A stretch of 64,000 nt of DNA. Source: Thermoplasmata archaeon (GTDB lineage Archaea > Thermoplasmatota > Thermoplasmata > Halarchaeoplasmatales > Halarchaeoplasmataceae). The position numbers and the translations under genes are program-made. Of this stretch, positions 30,926 to 41,884 are shown in pieces. The notes under the pieces were generated by a model that was not told the origin of the DNA, searched no databases, and saw nothing but the letters and a program-made list of their open reading frames with translations. The DNA lies in assembly GCA_003552585.1 (NCBI GenBank), contig PUNK01000057.1:720-64719 (forward strand), written 5' to 3'. Position 1 is the stretch's first letter, and the number at the start of each line of letters is the position of its first letter.

Positions 30926-32464
30926 CTATCCAACAACCTTGATAGATTCTCCACCGTCCTGGGTCTCTCTTGGCCTAACTTCAAGAAAGAGCGGCTCAGA
31001 TAAGCCTCCACCGGAAACGATAGCCTCTCCTATGGCTAACCGCTGTATCTCATCAGCAAGTCCTTTTCCAAGTCCTTCCACCGAGGACTCTATGGCTTTG
31101 AGGTCATTTGGGTTGGTTACTTTCAAGATCATTTGTGTATTACATTGGCTCAGAACATTTTTATCGACTTTTGCTGGCCTTTGAGTGACAATTGCTAAAC
31201 CTAGTCCAAACTTCCTTCCTTCACTGGCTATTGTTTGGAATATCTCTGAAGATTCAGTTTTGCCTCTCTGGGGACAGAAGTTATGTGCCTCTTCTGCAAA
31301 CATCATCAAAGGAGGTATCTTATTTCGTTTACGCAATTCAAAAATAGCGGTGGATATCCTCTCCACCACGAAAGCTTGGATGTCAGGATCAGTACCCTTC
31401 AAATTTATTATCGATGTTTTATTTTCCCTCACAATTTCGTCCATCCTTGTACCCTTTGCTGAGAATACATTTTTTGATCCAAGTCTCTCCAGTCCTGAGA
31501 TCACCGATGAGCTGTTTCCCTCTTCATTTTGTTTTAAAATCCTTATAACATCTTCAATATTGTAGAAACCCTTGGCCTCTTCAAGTCTTGACATAGCTCC
31601 CTCAAGGGCACCAACGTTAGACTGAGTTTTATTTACGCCTGTCATATCTAATATCTTTCTCGGTTTCATATTTTTAAAAGTGAACTTTAAGGGCTTAGAA
31701 CCTGGGTTGATCTCAGGGGAGGGGGAGAACTCAGTGATTATATCTCCATAACCTCTTGATTCGACATCGAAATAATTATCTGCTTTTACATCACCAGCTT
31801 TGGCTAACGAAGAGTATTCACCATGAGGGTCTAAAATTATCGTAGTGACTTCATGTTTCATCATCTCTTCAATTATAACTCCCGTAGTGTAACTTTTACC
31901 TGATCCTGTTTTTGCCAGTACAGAAAGATGTTTTTGAGCTATAGAATTAATATTAAGATGTACATTTATATCATGTCCTCTCAATTTGCCAACATATGCT
32001 CCGTTCTCTTCCTCCTTCAAACCTAGCACATCTCTGATCAGTTTGCTATCTGCAAGAAAGATTTTTTCTCCTGCCCTGAATGGATTACCAGGCAATTTTA
32101 GTAAACCTCTTCTGTCTCGGTATCCGATCACCTTTATATTTGCGATCATGGTCTCTTCGATATCCACCTCTTCACCTTGAGAGATCTCTACCGCTTTCTC
32201 GACTGATAAGTTAGTTTTCCGCTCTACACTTTCGATCTGGCCCAATACCCAACCCACTGAAGGATGTTCCATTTTTACATATTCACCTTTATCTACAGCA
32301 TTACACAGATTACATTCTAGATTGGTGATGCCCACATCTCCAAAGGTTACACCGATCAATTTCTCATCAATCCTCTCTTTTTTACTTTCTATTATATCCT
32401 CTTTTGTTAGAGTGCGTTCCTCCTGCATCTCCTGCTCTAGTTCCGTCAGACAGATCCCATCCAT
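30926..32464 (-). CDS. HerA-like (DUF87) hexameric ATPase / helicase
   Basis: Walker A KTGSGKSYTTG, IILDPHGEY, Walker B; N-terminal HAS-barrel-like region; no nurA/mre11/rad50 neighbours. Confidence 0.6.
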   Translation of the reverse strand: MDGICLTELEQEMQEERTLTKEDIIESKKERIDEKLIGVTFGDVGITNLECNLCNAVDKGEYVKMEHPSVGWVLGQIESVERKTNLSVEKAVEISQGEEVDIEETMIANIKVIGYRDRRGLLKLPGNPFRAGEKIFLADSKLIRDVLGLKEEENGAYVGKLRGHDINVHLNINSIAQKHLSVLAKTGSGKSYTTGVIIEEMMKHEVTTIILDPHGEYSSLAKAGDVKADNYFDVESRGYGDIITEFSPSPEINPGSKPLKFTFKNMKPRKILDMTGVNKTQSNVGALEGAMSRLEEAKGFYNIEDVIRILKQNEEGNSSSVISGLERLGSKNVFSAKGTRMDEIVRENKTSIINLKGTDPDIQAFVVERISTAIFELRKRNKIPPLMMFAEEAHNFCPQRGKTESSEIFQTIASEGRKFGLGLAIVTQRPAKVDKNVLSQCNTQMILKVTNPNDLKAIESSVEGLGKGLADEIQRLAIGEAIVSGGGLSEPLFLEVRPRETQDGGESIKVVG

Positions 32465-32566
32465 AATTACTAAACAGCTTCATAATTTAAAAGATTTCCC
32501 CTTAAAAAGGGGATAAAGGGGTTTTTGAAAGACATTTCGTCAGACAATTTATTCTTCATCCAGAGC

Positions 32567-33094
32567 CTATGCCAAGTCGTAATCTTCATCGTCCATAACT
32601 TCTTCCTCTTCTAAGAATTCATCTTCCTCGTCTTCAAAATACTCTTCATCCTCTAGGTACTCATCTTCATCGATGACTTCCTCAGCCTCTTTTGTATCTT
32701 TATACCATAGGTATATAATTATCACACCTATCAGGGTGACTATGGCACCACTAGCACCGACCATCTGGTCTATAGGCCCATAACCGGGATAACCTCCTAT
32801 GCCAGCATCATGGAAGATACCAATTACGTTATGAAACCATGACATGAAGGTTAATCCGATACTCCCGAAAAGGATAATGAATATTCCTAGGTATAGTTTG
32901 GTCTTACTAGGTTCTACATCCATCCATTCTTCGGTTTCCCATTCCTCTTCCTCCTCTTCTTCATCCCAAAGTTCTTCCTCTTCTTCGAACAATTGTCCAC
33001 ATTCCGGACACTCTTCAGCTTCTAGAGGGATAATTGCACCACAGGTTGGACATTCAGCTTCTTCAACATCAAAATCGTCATCTTCTGGGACCAT
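32567..33094 (-). CDS. zinc-ribbon membrane protein with extremely acidic N- and C-terminal tails
   Basis: CPTCG...CPECG ribbon, 2 TM, poly-E/D tracts. Confidence 0.4.
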   Translation of the reverse strand: MVPEDDDFDVEEAECPTCGAIIPLEAEECPECGQLFEEEEELWDEEEEEEEWETEEWMDVEPSKTKLYLGIFIILFGSIGLTFMSWFHNVIGIFHDAGIGGYPGYGPIDQMVGASGAIVTLIGVIIIYLWYKDTKEAEEVIDEDEYLEDEEYFEDEEDEFLEEEEVMDDEDYDLA

Positions 33095-33152
33095 GATTAC
33101 CAGCTACTGTAAGTTGGATAGAACTATATAAAAATTTTCATCAGAAACTATA

Positions 33153-34436
33153 CTATACAGATAAAATTTCTTTGCAGGCGGATTCACCTATCTCATTTTT
33201 GAGCTCTTTTGGACAGGATACCATCAGTCCCCAAGAATGAGATTGTCTTTTTTGAAGAGCTCTGCACAATGGACTAAAATTTGAAAGCTCGTATAGTTTA
33301 TTATCATCTAACACTTTCACATTAGTACGTTCTAAACGAGGCTCCGATAATTTTAACTCCTCTCCAGGAACATCTACTATCACCTTTTGAGGTGAAATGT
33401 GTCGCCTGTAAGCGATCCTCTTTTCCAGCCTCCTGACACCTTGAATATTCGTCAAATCCTTGATATCAACTCCATCTGCTTCGTGAAGTTCATCGCGTGA
33501 AATAGCCATACACCGTTTGTAGAGTTTTCTGTATTTTAATAGATCAACTATCTCTTTTTGAAATCCACCCTTAGAACAGAGATACGAGAAGAGTTCCCAA
33601 TCTGTCATACGGTAGATCTGCTCGTAATCTTCTATGTATGGATGTACTGCCTTTGCTAGCATCAATTCGGCAATACGGGCAGTTTTGTGCAAATAAACCG
33701 ATGAAAACATCAGACTTCGTGCAACTAGAACACCTTCTAAAGCGGGTATCCCTCCTTTAGTGATCACGAGGTTCCCATTATGTATCTCTAACGTCTGAAG
33801 TAATCTTTCTAAGTCTATGACTCCGTGGGCTGCCCCTGTGTAATGCGAGTCTCTTAAAAGATAATCCATCTGGTCAGCATCCACTGGCCCGTGTATCATC
33901 TGATAAAGATAGCGCTCTTCGCCAAAGTACAATTGTCCTTCATGTTTATTGAACTCGGTTATGTGTTTTGCTGTGTCTTTTCCTTTGATCAGTTCGGAGA
34001 CCTTTTTTGGTGAGATGCCATGGTCTTCCAAAATCTCTGGAATTGTACAGGTGTCACCATCGTTTTCTACCATATTCCCCAATATGAGTTCCTTGGTTAT
34101 GTCCATGTGGTCTTTTCCACATCCACTTGCTAGATGTGATTCAAGAGTATGACTGAATGGAGCATGGCCTATATCATGTAAAAGAGCCGCAGCCATAACG
34201 ATATCCTTTTCTTCATCGGGCAATTCCAAACTCTCGGCCATCCTCTCAGCTACCCAGTATGCACCGAGTGAGTGTTCGAGTCTTGTATGGTTAGCACCTG
34301 GGAATATCAATTTGGTCAACCCTAACTGAGTTATGTTGTGAAGTCTTTGTACCTCTGGAGTTTCGAGCAGCTTTAGGAAAGGTCCATAAACCTTTATACT
34401 TCCATGTATGGTGTCTTGGATCGTTTTATATTCCAT
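33153..34436 (-). CDS. HD-domain phosphohydrolase (dGTPase/SAMHD1-like, COG1078)
   Basis: HSLGAY ... LLHDIGHAPFSH HD motif. Confidence 0.7.
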   Translation of the reverse strand: MEYKTIQDTIHGSIKVYGPFLKLLETPEVQRLHNITQLGLTKLIFPGANHTRLEHSLGAYWVAERMAESLELPDEEKDIVMAAALLHDIGHAPFSHTLESHLASGCGKDHMDITKELILGNMVENDGDTCTIPEILEDHGISPKKVSELIKGKDTAKHITEFNKHEGQLYFGEERYLYQMIHGPVDADQMDYLLRDSHYTGAAHGVIDLERLLQTLEIHNGNLVITKGGIPALEGVLVARSLMFSSVYLHKTARIAELMLAKAVHPYIEDYEQIYRMTDWELFSYLCSKGGFQKEIVDLLKYRKLYKRCMAISRDELHEADGVDIKDLTNIQGVRRLEKRIAYRRHISPQKVIVDVPGEELKLSEPRLERTNVKVLDDNKLYELSNFSPLCRALQKRQSHSWGLMVSCPKELKNEIGESACKEILSV

Positions 34437-34471
34437 TATATTTGACCGAAGTAGTATAGATTATATAAAAC

Positions 34472-35341
34472 ATGTGTCACGAAAAAACAATATATCCTTA
34501 TTTGGGATGTGCTATTGTGTTTCAAGATGCCCATGAATTGTTAAAAAGCAGGCAGACGATCTTTCAAGAAAGAGAGGTTCATGCTGTATCATACAGATGG
34601 AATGGATTTGTACCTAGTTTGAAAGTTTATGATGATGGTAAGATCGAAGAAATAGACCTTGGTCTGATAGATTTCAATATATCTCAAAATAAGTACTGTG
34701 TTGGAAGTTTTGAAGATGGTTACTCTCCCTGTCACGGATCAAGAAAGGTAAATAAATTCATGCAATGCTCTCGGTGTGCTCCTTCTGACATACCCCGCTT
34801 AGAATGCATCTATGAACCTGGTGATTGCACTGATTGTCCTGGTGGTTTTTGTAAAGAAGAGCATGCAGTCTATGTTGCCTTCCATAGTATACTTCCCAAA
34901 ATAGGCATGACCGTAAAAAAAAGGTTGAGAGAAAGGCTGATAGAACAAGGAGCTGATGCCTTTGCTTTACTAGCAACAGAGAAAAACAGGAAGGAAGCTA
35001 GGCAGGCAGAGAAAGAACTCAGCGATTCTTTAAAAATCCCTCAAAAAATTGGCAGAAATACCAGGCTGAAAAGATTCGCAAAAAAAGTCGATCGCAGCAT
35101 AATAGAGAGAAAATATAGGGGAATCAGAAATCGTGTGTCTGTGGGAAAACTGAAGTATCTAAAGGATTATCCGATTTCACTTCCTTTGAGGGCTGAACCG
35201 AGATTGAGAGCAACACCAGGAATTCACAGAGGCACTCAAAAAGGGATCAAAGGTCCTTTTCTGATCTATGAAAATGGAGGATTGCAGGCTTTGACCCTTT
35301 CTGACTTACCGGGGAGAAAAATACGTATAAGGGAATATTGA
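34472..35341 (+). CDS. Cys-rich hypothetical protein with basic C-terminal half
   Basis: ORF only. Confidence 0.3.
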   Translation: MCHEKTIYPYLGCAIVFQDAHELLKSRQTIFQEREVHAVSYRWNGFVPSLKVYDDGKIEEIDLGLIDFNISQNKYCVGSFEDGYSPCHGSRKVNKFMQCSRCAPSDIPRLECIYEPGDCTDCPGGFCKEEHAVYVAFHSILPKIGMTVKKRLRERLIEQGADAFALLATEKNRKEARQAEKELSDSLKIPQKIGRNTRLKRFAKKVDRSIIERKYRGIRNRVSVGKLKYLKDYPISLPLRAEPRLRATPGIHRGTQKGIKGPFLIYENGGLQALTLSDLPGRKIRIREY

Positions 35342-35346
35342 TTTAT

Positions 35347-36681
35347 TTACATCAATGAGGCTATTCCTCTCCCCGCTAGTACCCCTGTTGCGGCTGCATT
35401 AACAATATCATGTGATAATCCAGCACCATCTCCTGCGGCGTGGAGATGGGAAATAGAGGTCTCCATATTCTCATCAACTTTCAATCTGCGTGCGTAAAAT
35501 TTTATCTCAGGTCCATAAAGTAAGGTGCTGCTAGAGTTCAGCCCTGGGATAATTTTATCCAACTTTTCTAGTCCCTCAATTATATCTATAACGATCCTGT
35601 AAGGCAAGGCCATGGAGATATCTCCTGGAGTAATATCCTTCAAAGTCCCCTGTAACGGATTTCTTCTAAGTCTCCCCCTCGTTGAACGTCGCCCTGAACG
35701 CAGGTCGCCCATACGTTGAACTATTGGGTCGCCTCCTCCTATAGTGGTAGCTAGCTGTGCGATGGCCATACCATAACGGGTGGTATCCTCAAGAGGTTCT
35801 GTTAGGTGAGTTCTTACAAGGAAGGCGAAGTTGGTGTTATCAGTCTCAATGTCCTTCCTTGAATAACCATTCACTCCGATGAACCCATCATAGGATTCCT
35901 TGACCACGAATCCTCTATGATTAGTACAGAAAGTACGAATAAAATCATCATAACTTCGGGTATAAAGATGAAATTTAGGGTCTCGGTTAACCTCATATAC
36001 TGGATCCATGATGATGCTGGGGACCTCAACACGAACACCTATATCGATAGGCGCGAACTCAGCCTTTAGTTTATTTTTTGAGATCATATCCTGCATCCAA
36101 TCGGTACCCACTCTTCCTGGAGCGATGAGAATTCTTTTTGCTTCTTCGATCCTATTACCAGATAGCTCAACTCCTACGCATTTGCCTTTATCGATCGATA
36201 TATCTCGAGCTGCAGTTTCAACGAGGAACTCAACACCTCTTGATTCTAGTTTACTTTTTAACGATTTTATAAGATTGGGTGCATGGTCCGAACCTATGTG
36301 TGCTTGAACGATAGGATGGAATCTGGCACCGACGGAGGCAGCCCTTCTCTTTAATTGTTCTTCTTTTTTTGCGTCCCCTCTTTGGGGAGAAGGCATACCA
36401 TGTTCTGAGAGAACATCTGACACGATGTCAACCAATTTCCACGCTTCTTCCTCGTTTCCAGTGTAATCCATCAGATTTCCACCTATATCCGGTCGGAGGT
36501 TAACGGTTCCATCAGAAAAAGCTCCTGCGCCACCTACTCCGCTCATTATATCTGACTCCTTCCGATCGTTGATATCCTTTCCTTTCTCTACCACGAGAAC
36601 CTTCATACCATGAAAGCTCAATTCGTGAGCTGCAAACAAACCCGCTGGTCCAGAACCGACTATGATCACATCGTAACTCAT
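35347..36681 (-). CDS. FAD-dependent oxidoreductase (COG2509-like)
   Basis: N-terminal VIIVGSGPAGLFAA dinucleotide-binding motif. Confidence 0.65.
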   Translation of the reverse strand: MSYDVIIVGSGPAGLFAAHELSFHGMKVLVVEKGKDINDRKESDIMSGVGGAGAFSDGTVNLRPDIGGNLMDYTGNEEEAWKLVDIVSDVLSEHGMPSPQRGDAKKEEQLKRRAASVGARFHPIVQAHIGSDHAPNLIKSLKSKLESRGVEFLVETAARDISIDKGKCVGVELSGNRIEEAKRILIAPGRVGTDWMQDMISKNKLKAEFAPIDIGVRVEVPSIIMDPVYEVNRDPKFHLYTRSYDDFIRTFCTNHRGFVVKESYDGFIGVNGYSRKDIETDNTNFAFLVRTHLTEPLEDTTRYGMAIAQLATTIGGGDPIVQRMGDLRSGRRSTRGRLRRNPLQGTLKDITPGDISMALPYRIVIDIIEGLEKLDKIIPGLNSSSTLLYGPEIKFYARRLKVDENMETSISHLHAAGDGAGLSHDIVNAAATGVLAGRGIASLM

Positions 36682-36837
36682 ATGGTCAACACACCAATGT
36701 AAGGATAGTTTGTTTTACTTATTTATCAGTTTGGTAGGCTTTTAAAGATGTGAAAGTATGTGGGATCTTATAACCACAGTATAATTACTTATTTAAGGGG
36801 AAAAATTTATTAAAATCAAATAGTTGAACACTTTACC

Positions 36838-37209
36838 ATGCAAAGGGATATAACCATTAAAGTAGGAGATCTAGTGCTCAAAGGAGAACTTCATGATACC
36901 TATTGTGCAAAAAAGATATGGGAGTCTTTACCATTTGAGTCTGAATTCGACACATGGGGAGACGAAATCTATTTCCCTATCGGACTCCAGATGACCTTAG
37001 ACGACACAGCTCGAAAAGAAGTTGAAGTGGGGACAATTGGTTACTGGCCTGCAGGTGCTGCGATTGCGATATTTTTTGGTCCAACACCAGCTTCAACAGG
37101 AGAAAAACCCATAGCTGCCAGCGATGTTAATATCGTTGGGAAGGTAAAGGATCCAACGAAGTTAAGGGAGGTAAAAGAGGATAGTACTATAAGGGTTGAA
37201 AAACTATGA
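36838..37209 (+). CDS. cyclophilin-like fold protein
   Basis: IGYWPAGAAIAIFFGPTP block typical of the cyclophilin-like (TM1367) family. Confidence 0.5.
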   Translation: MQRDITIKVGDLVLKGELHDTYCAKKIWESLPFESEFDTWGDEIYFPIGLQMTLDDTARKEVEVGTIGYWPAGAAIAIFFGPTPASTGEKPIAASDVNIVGKVKDPTKLREVKEDSTIRVEKL

Positions 37210-37247
37210 CCATAAAAATAATATCCCCATAAACATTCCCTAGACCT

Positions 37248-38045
37248 ATGGAAGATACGATGGACGAATACATAAAGGTCATACAGAAGTTTATCGCTGA
37301 TAAAGTTGAGAAGGTAGGTGCCGATAAAGTAATATTAGGATTGAGTGGTGGACTCGATTCAGCAACGATTCTTAAGTTATGTATAGATTCACTGGATGTC
37401 GAAAAGATTTATTGTATTATAATGCCAGAACGTGCATCCCCACCTGAGGATATCACTGATGCAAGGTGGCTTGTTAAGTTATGGAATGTTGAATGGGATG
37501 AGATAAACATCGATGATATATTGAAACATTTTCCTGCAGACCCTGACGAAAAACTTGCTTACGCTAATCTGAAGGCAAGGGTGAGGATGTGTATAGAATA
37601 TCATGCTGCTAATGTCAGAAACGGGATAGTGGTCGGCACATCTAACAAAAGCGAGCTTTTGCTGGGCTACACCACTAAATATGGCGATAGTGCTTCTGAC
37701 TTTTTACCTATAGGTGATGTATACAAGAGCGAGGTAAGGGAGCTAGCAGAGAGGATAGGAGTACCTGAACGGTTTCTAGAAAAGACCCCTCGTGCAGGCT
37801 TATGGGAGGGACAGACGGACGAAGACGAACTTGGATACAGTTATGATGTTCTTGACAAGGTGCTCAAAGGTATAGAAGCGATGAAACCACTGGAAGAAAT
37901 AGCTGATCAAAACGGAATATCCATGGAAGATGTACAAAATATAAAATATAGGGTCGAAAGGAATGCCCACAAAAGAAAGATACCTACTATCGTAAAATTG
38001 AGGAATAGGACGATCGGGTTAGATTGGCGGGAGTTTTCATATTGA
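37248..38045 (+). CDS. nadE: NH3-dependent NAD+ synthetase
   Basis: PP-loop LGLSGGLDSA; ~265 aa. Confidence 0.85.
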   Translation: MEDTMDEYIKVIQKFIADKVEKVGADKVILGLSGGLDSATILKLCIDSLDVEKIYCIIMPERASPPEDITDARWLVKLWNVEWDEINIDDILKHFPADPDEKLAYANLKARVRMCIEYHAANVRNGIVVGTSNKSELLLGYTTKYGDSASDFLPIGDVYKSEVRELAERIGVPERFLEKTPRAGLWEGQTDEDELGYSYDVLDKVLKGIEAMKPLEEIADQNGISMEDVQNIKYRVERNAHKRKIPTIVKLRNRTIGLDWREFSY

Positions 38046-38046
38046 G

Positions 38047-38586
38047 GTGCTTTTGGTGACTGTAATCTTGATTACTGGTATGCCTGGATGCGGTAAAGAA
38101 GAATTCGTAAAGATAGCTATGGATGAAGGATATAACGTTATCCGGATGGGTGATGTAGTTAGGGAATATGCTGGTCAAAGCAACATTGATAAAAGCGATG
38201 AATCAATAGGGAAATTTGCTAACACTGAAAGAGAACTTCATCATTCAGGGATATGGGCAGAACGAACTTTGGAAAGGTTGAGCTCAAATAAAGCTGTGAT
38301 CGACGGGGTCCGAGGGGAGGAAGAGATCGAATTGTTCAAAAAAGAATTAGGTAGAGATATGCAGATCATCGCAATACATGCATCACCCCAAACAAGATAT
38401 AGAAGACTAAAAAAAAGGGGTAGAGATGATGCACCTTTGGATAAAAAGCAGTTTGATCAGAGGGATGAGAGAGAACTCGGATGGGGATTGGGCAAGGTAA
38501 TATCTAAAGCGGACCATATGATAGTTAACGAAGGTTCTTTAGATGATTTTCGTAGAGATGTGAGGAGCCTGCTCTCGCAGTATTAA
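38047..38586 (+). CDS. P-loop nucleotide kinase-like protein (UPF0200-like); start may be GTG ~38056
   Basis: ITGMPGCGK P-loop at the N-terminus, ~175 aa. Confidence 0.45.
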   Translation: MLLVTVILITGMPGCGKEEFVKIAMDEGYNVIRMGDVVREYAGQSNIDKSDESIGKFANTERELHHSGIWAERTLERLSSNKAVIDGVRGEEEIELFKKELGRDMQIIAIHASPQTRYRRLKKRGRDDAPLDKKQFDQRDERELGWGLGKVISKADHMIVNEGSLDDFRRDVRSLLSQY

Positions 38587-38632
38587 CTGATAAGAAGATT
38601 TATAAAGACCGATTACGGATGAGGGATTCAAT

Positions 38633-39331
38633 ATGGCCAAGCGTAGAAAGAAAGAAGAGGAAGAAGATGATATCTTCGAATGGCCCGAGTTCGATGAGAT
38701 AGAATATATGAAAGAAGAGATCAAAAAGGGCAAATCGGTCCTTTTTACTATAGCTATTGCACCCATCTTTTCATATTTATCGATGCAGGTTTTTCTACTG
38801 ACTGAAGATTGGACCTATGGATTTTTAGTTGGAATATTCGGCATGTTGATAACTTTCAAACTTTTCGAGTATGTTCGGATCGATATCTCTGATTTTGGAA
38901 AAAAAGAATGGGCTCTAGATGGAGCGATGTATTTGTTCACCTGGATAGCAATATGGATAGTTCTTATGAACCCGCCCTTTCATGACTTTGCAGCACCTAC
39001 CTTGAACGACTTTGAAATTGAGGTAGACTTAGATGGAGATGGAAACTATACCTTACTTGAAGATGCCCAGAAAGATGGGACTATAGAGAATGGAGAGGAT
39101 TACGATATACGGGTAATAGCAACGGTAACTGATAATGTAGAAGTGAGTAGTGTAGAGATAATGTTCAATACCCAACAAACTCAGATGGATAGGATAGATG
39201 AGCACCAGTTTATGAAAGAATTTGAAGGAGTAACTGCAGGAGCATCAGAGCGTGAATTTATTTTGTTCATGGAAGATGTTAATGGCAATAGCAGTCAGGA
39301 AACTGTAGAAGTGATAATAGGGGAAAGGTGA
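38633..39331 (+). CDS. membrane protein, function unknown
   Basis: 2-3 TM helices then acidic extracellular-type domain. Confidence 0.35.
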   Translation: MAKRRKKEEEEDDIFEWPEFDEIEYMKEEIKKGKSVLFTIAIAPIFSYLSMQVFLLTEDWTYGFLVGIFGMLITFKLFEYVRIDISDFGKKEWALDGAMYLFTWIAIWIVLMNPPFHDFAAPTLNDFEIEVDLDGDGNYTLLEDAQKDGTIENGEDYDIRVIATVTDNVEVSSVEIMFNTQQTQMDRIDEHQFMKEFEGVTAGASEREFILFMEDVNGNSSQETVEVIIGER

Positions 39332-39337
39332 TTTGCC

Positions 39338-41545
39338 ATGGCTGAAAATGTGATATTAACTGTAAAAGAAGCCCCTCAAGAAGATGTAGGTAGGAACAGA
39401 GCAAGATTAGGGCCAAATACCAGGATGGCTTTGAAAGTAGAAGTGGGAGACTATATCAAAATCAAGGGTGAAAGAGAAACAGTCTCAAAGGTATTTAGGT
39501 TATCTTCTGAGGATGAGGGTAAAAGTATAATTCGTATAGATGGTTTGGTTCGTAAGAATGCTAGAGTATCCGTTGGAGATAGGGTCGAGGTGAAGAAAGT
39601 AAAGGTTAAACCTGCTAAAAAAGTGGTCATAGCTCCAGCCATAGAGGAAGGAGAAAGCACGCTTCGATTTGGAGAGGGTATCGAATCTTATGTTAAAAAA
39701 AGATTGGCAAAAAGACCGGTCATAGCAGGGGATGCAATCGTCATCCCTGGAATATCTTTGATGGGCGGTAATGTACCTTTCATAGTGATGACCACTAGTC
39801 CCTTGGAGCCTGTAGAGGTTGTCAGTTCCACCGTTGTCTCTGTTCGTGAGGAACCTGTAGATGAAGAGGAACTCCTTAGTACCACGACTGTTACCTATGA
39901 AGATGTCGGTGGTCTGTCACAACAACTTAAGAGAGTTAGGGAAATGATCGAACTTCCCCTTAAACATCCAGACCTTTTCGAAAGATTAGGGATAGAACCG
40001 CCCAAAGGTGTTCTTTTACATGGTCCGCCTGGTACTGGAAAAACATGGATAGCTAGGGCAGTTGCTGGTGAGTCAGGAGCAAACTTCTTCTCCGTTCAAG
40101 GACCTGAAATAATGTCAAAGTATTATGGACAAAGTGAGGGAAAACTTAGAGAGAAATTCGAGGAGGCTAAAGAACAATCACCTTCAATAATATTCATTGA
40201 TGAACTAGATTCGATCGCCCCGAGAAGGGACGATGTGAAAGGAGAGGTAGAGAGAAGAGTTGTTGCACAGCTGCTCACTCTGATGGACGGATTGAACCAG
40301 CGAGGAGAGATCATCGTTATCGCTGCAACGAATAGAGTGGAAGCGATAGACCCTGCTTTGAGAAGACCTGGAAGATTTGATAGAGAGATCGAGATAAGCT
40401 TGCCTGACAGAGATGGGAGAAAGGAGATACTACAGATCCATACCCGTGGTATGCCCGTGTCTGAGGATGTGGATTTGGAAGACCTAGCGATGCTAACCCA
40501 TGGTTTTGCAGGAGCTGACTTAGAATCTCTTGCTAAAGAAGCTGCAATGCTTGCATTAAGACGCTACATGCCAGAATTCGATCTTGATGAACCTCTGCCT
40601 AGGCATATAATAGAGAAGATGAATGTAAATGAAAAAGACTTCATGAACGCTTTTAGAGAGATTGAACCTAGCAGTATGAGAGAGATAATGGTAGAGATCC
40701 CTGAAGTTAATTGGGAAGACGTAGGCGGTTTAGAAGAAATAAAAGAAAAATTGATCGACTCCGTCCAGCGTCCCCTATCTGAACCGGAGGCATTCGAAAA
40801 TATGGGGATCACTCCTCCAAAAGGAGTATTACTGTATGGACCACCAGGGACTGGAAAAACTCTTTTGGGAAAAGCGGTAGCCAATGAATGTGATGCAAAC
40901 TTTATATCAGTGAAAGGGCCGGAGTTACTCTCAAAATGGGTAGGAGAGAGTGAAAAAGCGGTGAGGGAAATTTTTAAGAAAGCTAGACAGACCGCTCCAT
41001 CAATAGTCTTTTTGGACGAACTAGATGCCCTTGCACCTGAAAGGGGAAGGAATGAGCAAAACTCAGTTATAGACCGGGTGGTGAACCAGCTCCTAACAAG
41101 TTTGGATGGGATCGACACAACTACGGGGATAATCGTTCTAGCCGCTACCAATAGACCGGATAGGGTAGATCCAGCACTTTTAAGAGCAGGGAGATTCGAC
41201 CTCAGGTTATTGGTACCGATCCCTGATTTCGAGTCAAGAAAAGCTATTTTAAAGATACACACAAAAGAAATGCCCCTTTCTAAAGATATTAACCTCTCCT
41301 CTTTGGCTGCAGAAACCGAATCATTTGTGGGTGCTGACCTTCGTTCTTTATGCAGGGAAGCAGGACTGTGTACCATGAAAAAAGGAAAAAAACGTGTTAC
41401 CATGCAGGAGTTTTTTGACGGCCTTTCTTCGATCTCCCCCTCAGTCGATGAGGATATCATAGCTTTGTATGAAGAACTCGAGAAGGAGATGGAAAAAGGT
41501 TTTAGAAAGAAGAAAGATTATAATGGGGTCGGTTTATACAGGTGA
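39338..41545 (+). CDS. cdc48: CDC48/VCP-like AAA+ ATPase
   Basis: N-domain plus two AAA modules (GPPGTGKT twice). Confidence 0.9.
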   Translation: MAENVILTVKEAPQEDVGRNRARLGPNTRMALKVEVGDYIKIKGERETVSKVFRLSSEDEGKSIIRIDGLVRKNARVSVGDRVEVKKVKVKPAKKVVIAPAIEEGESTLRFGEGIESYVKKRLAKRPVIAGDAIVIPGISLMGGNVPFIVMTTSPLEPVEVVSSTVVSVREEPVDEEELLSTTTVTYEDVGGLSQQLKRVREMIELPLKHPDLFERLGIEPPKGVLLHGPPGTGKTWIARAVAGESGANFFSVQGPEIMSKYYGQSEGKLREKFEEAKEQSPSIIFIDELDSIAPRRDDVKGEVERRVVAQLLTLMDGLNQRGEIIVIAATNRVEAIDPALRRPGRFDREIEISLPDRDGRKEILQIHTRGMPVSEDVDLEDLAMLTHGFAGADLESLAKEAAMLALRRYMPEFDLDEPLPRHIIEKMNVNEKDFMNAFREIEPSSMREIMVEIPEVNWEDVGGLEEIKEKLIDSVQRPLSEPEAFENMGITPPKGVLLYGPPGTGKTLLGKAVANECDANFISVKGPELLSKWVGESEKAVREIFKKARQTAPSIVFLDELDALAPERGRNEQNSVIDRVVNQLLTSLDGIDTTTGIIVLAATNRPDRVDPALLRAGRFDLRLLVPIPDFESRKAILKIHTKEMPLSKDINLSSLAAETESFVGADLRSLCREAGLCTMKKGKKRVTMQEFFDGLSSISPSVDEDIIALYEELEKEMEKGFRKKKDYNGVGLYR

Positions 41546-41585
41546 TGAATTCAAAAGATAAAAAATAAATAAGGAGGACTATAAA

Positions 41586-41834
41586 ATGAAGATGTTCGTG
41601 ACCGAATTGCGAGGTAAAACGGTGATGACCAATGATGGGCAGATACTGGGGATGATAGATAATTTTGTCGTGGATACAAAAACAGGTGAGATTAAACATG
41701 TCTTAGTGACTCCAGCCGAGGATATTGAAACCAGGCTTTTTGATACCGATGCTGAGGGACGTATCGTACTACCCTTCAAAGGCATGAAGGCAGTAAGAGA
41801 TGTAGTAGTAATGGAGAATATCACCCTAGAATGA
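41586..41834 (+). CDS. PRC-barrel domain protein
   Basis: LRGKTVMTNDGQILGMIDNFVVDTKTGEIKHVLV; AAGGAGG SD upstream. Confidence 0.6.
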   Translation: MKMFVTELRGKTVMTNDGQILGMIDNFVVDTKTGEIKHVLVTPAEDIETRLFDTDAEGRIVLPFKGMKAVRDVVVMENITLE

Positions 41835-41884
41835 TGATTTAGGTCCTATTACTAAATGGCATACTAATCAAAAGGTTTGGATTC

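Noticed and set aside
32844-33131. 95-aa plus-strand Ser-rich ORF
   Set aside because: Antisense of the poly-acidic tracts (GAA/GAG repeats read as TTC/CTC) of the zinc-ribbon membrane protein.
40564-41460. 298-aa minus-strand ORF inside cdc48
   Set aside because: Antisense to a strongly supported AAA+ gene. Ser-rich low-complexity product.
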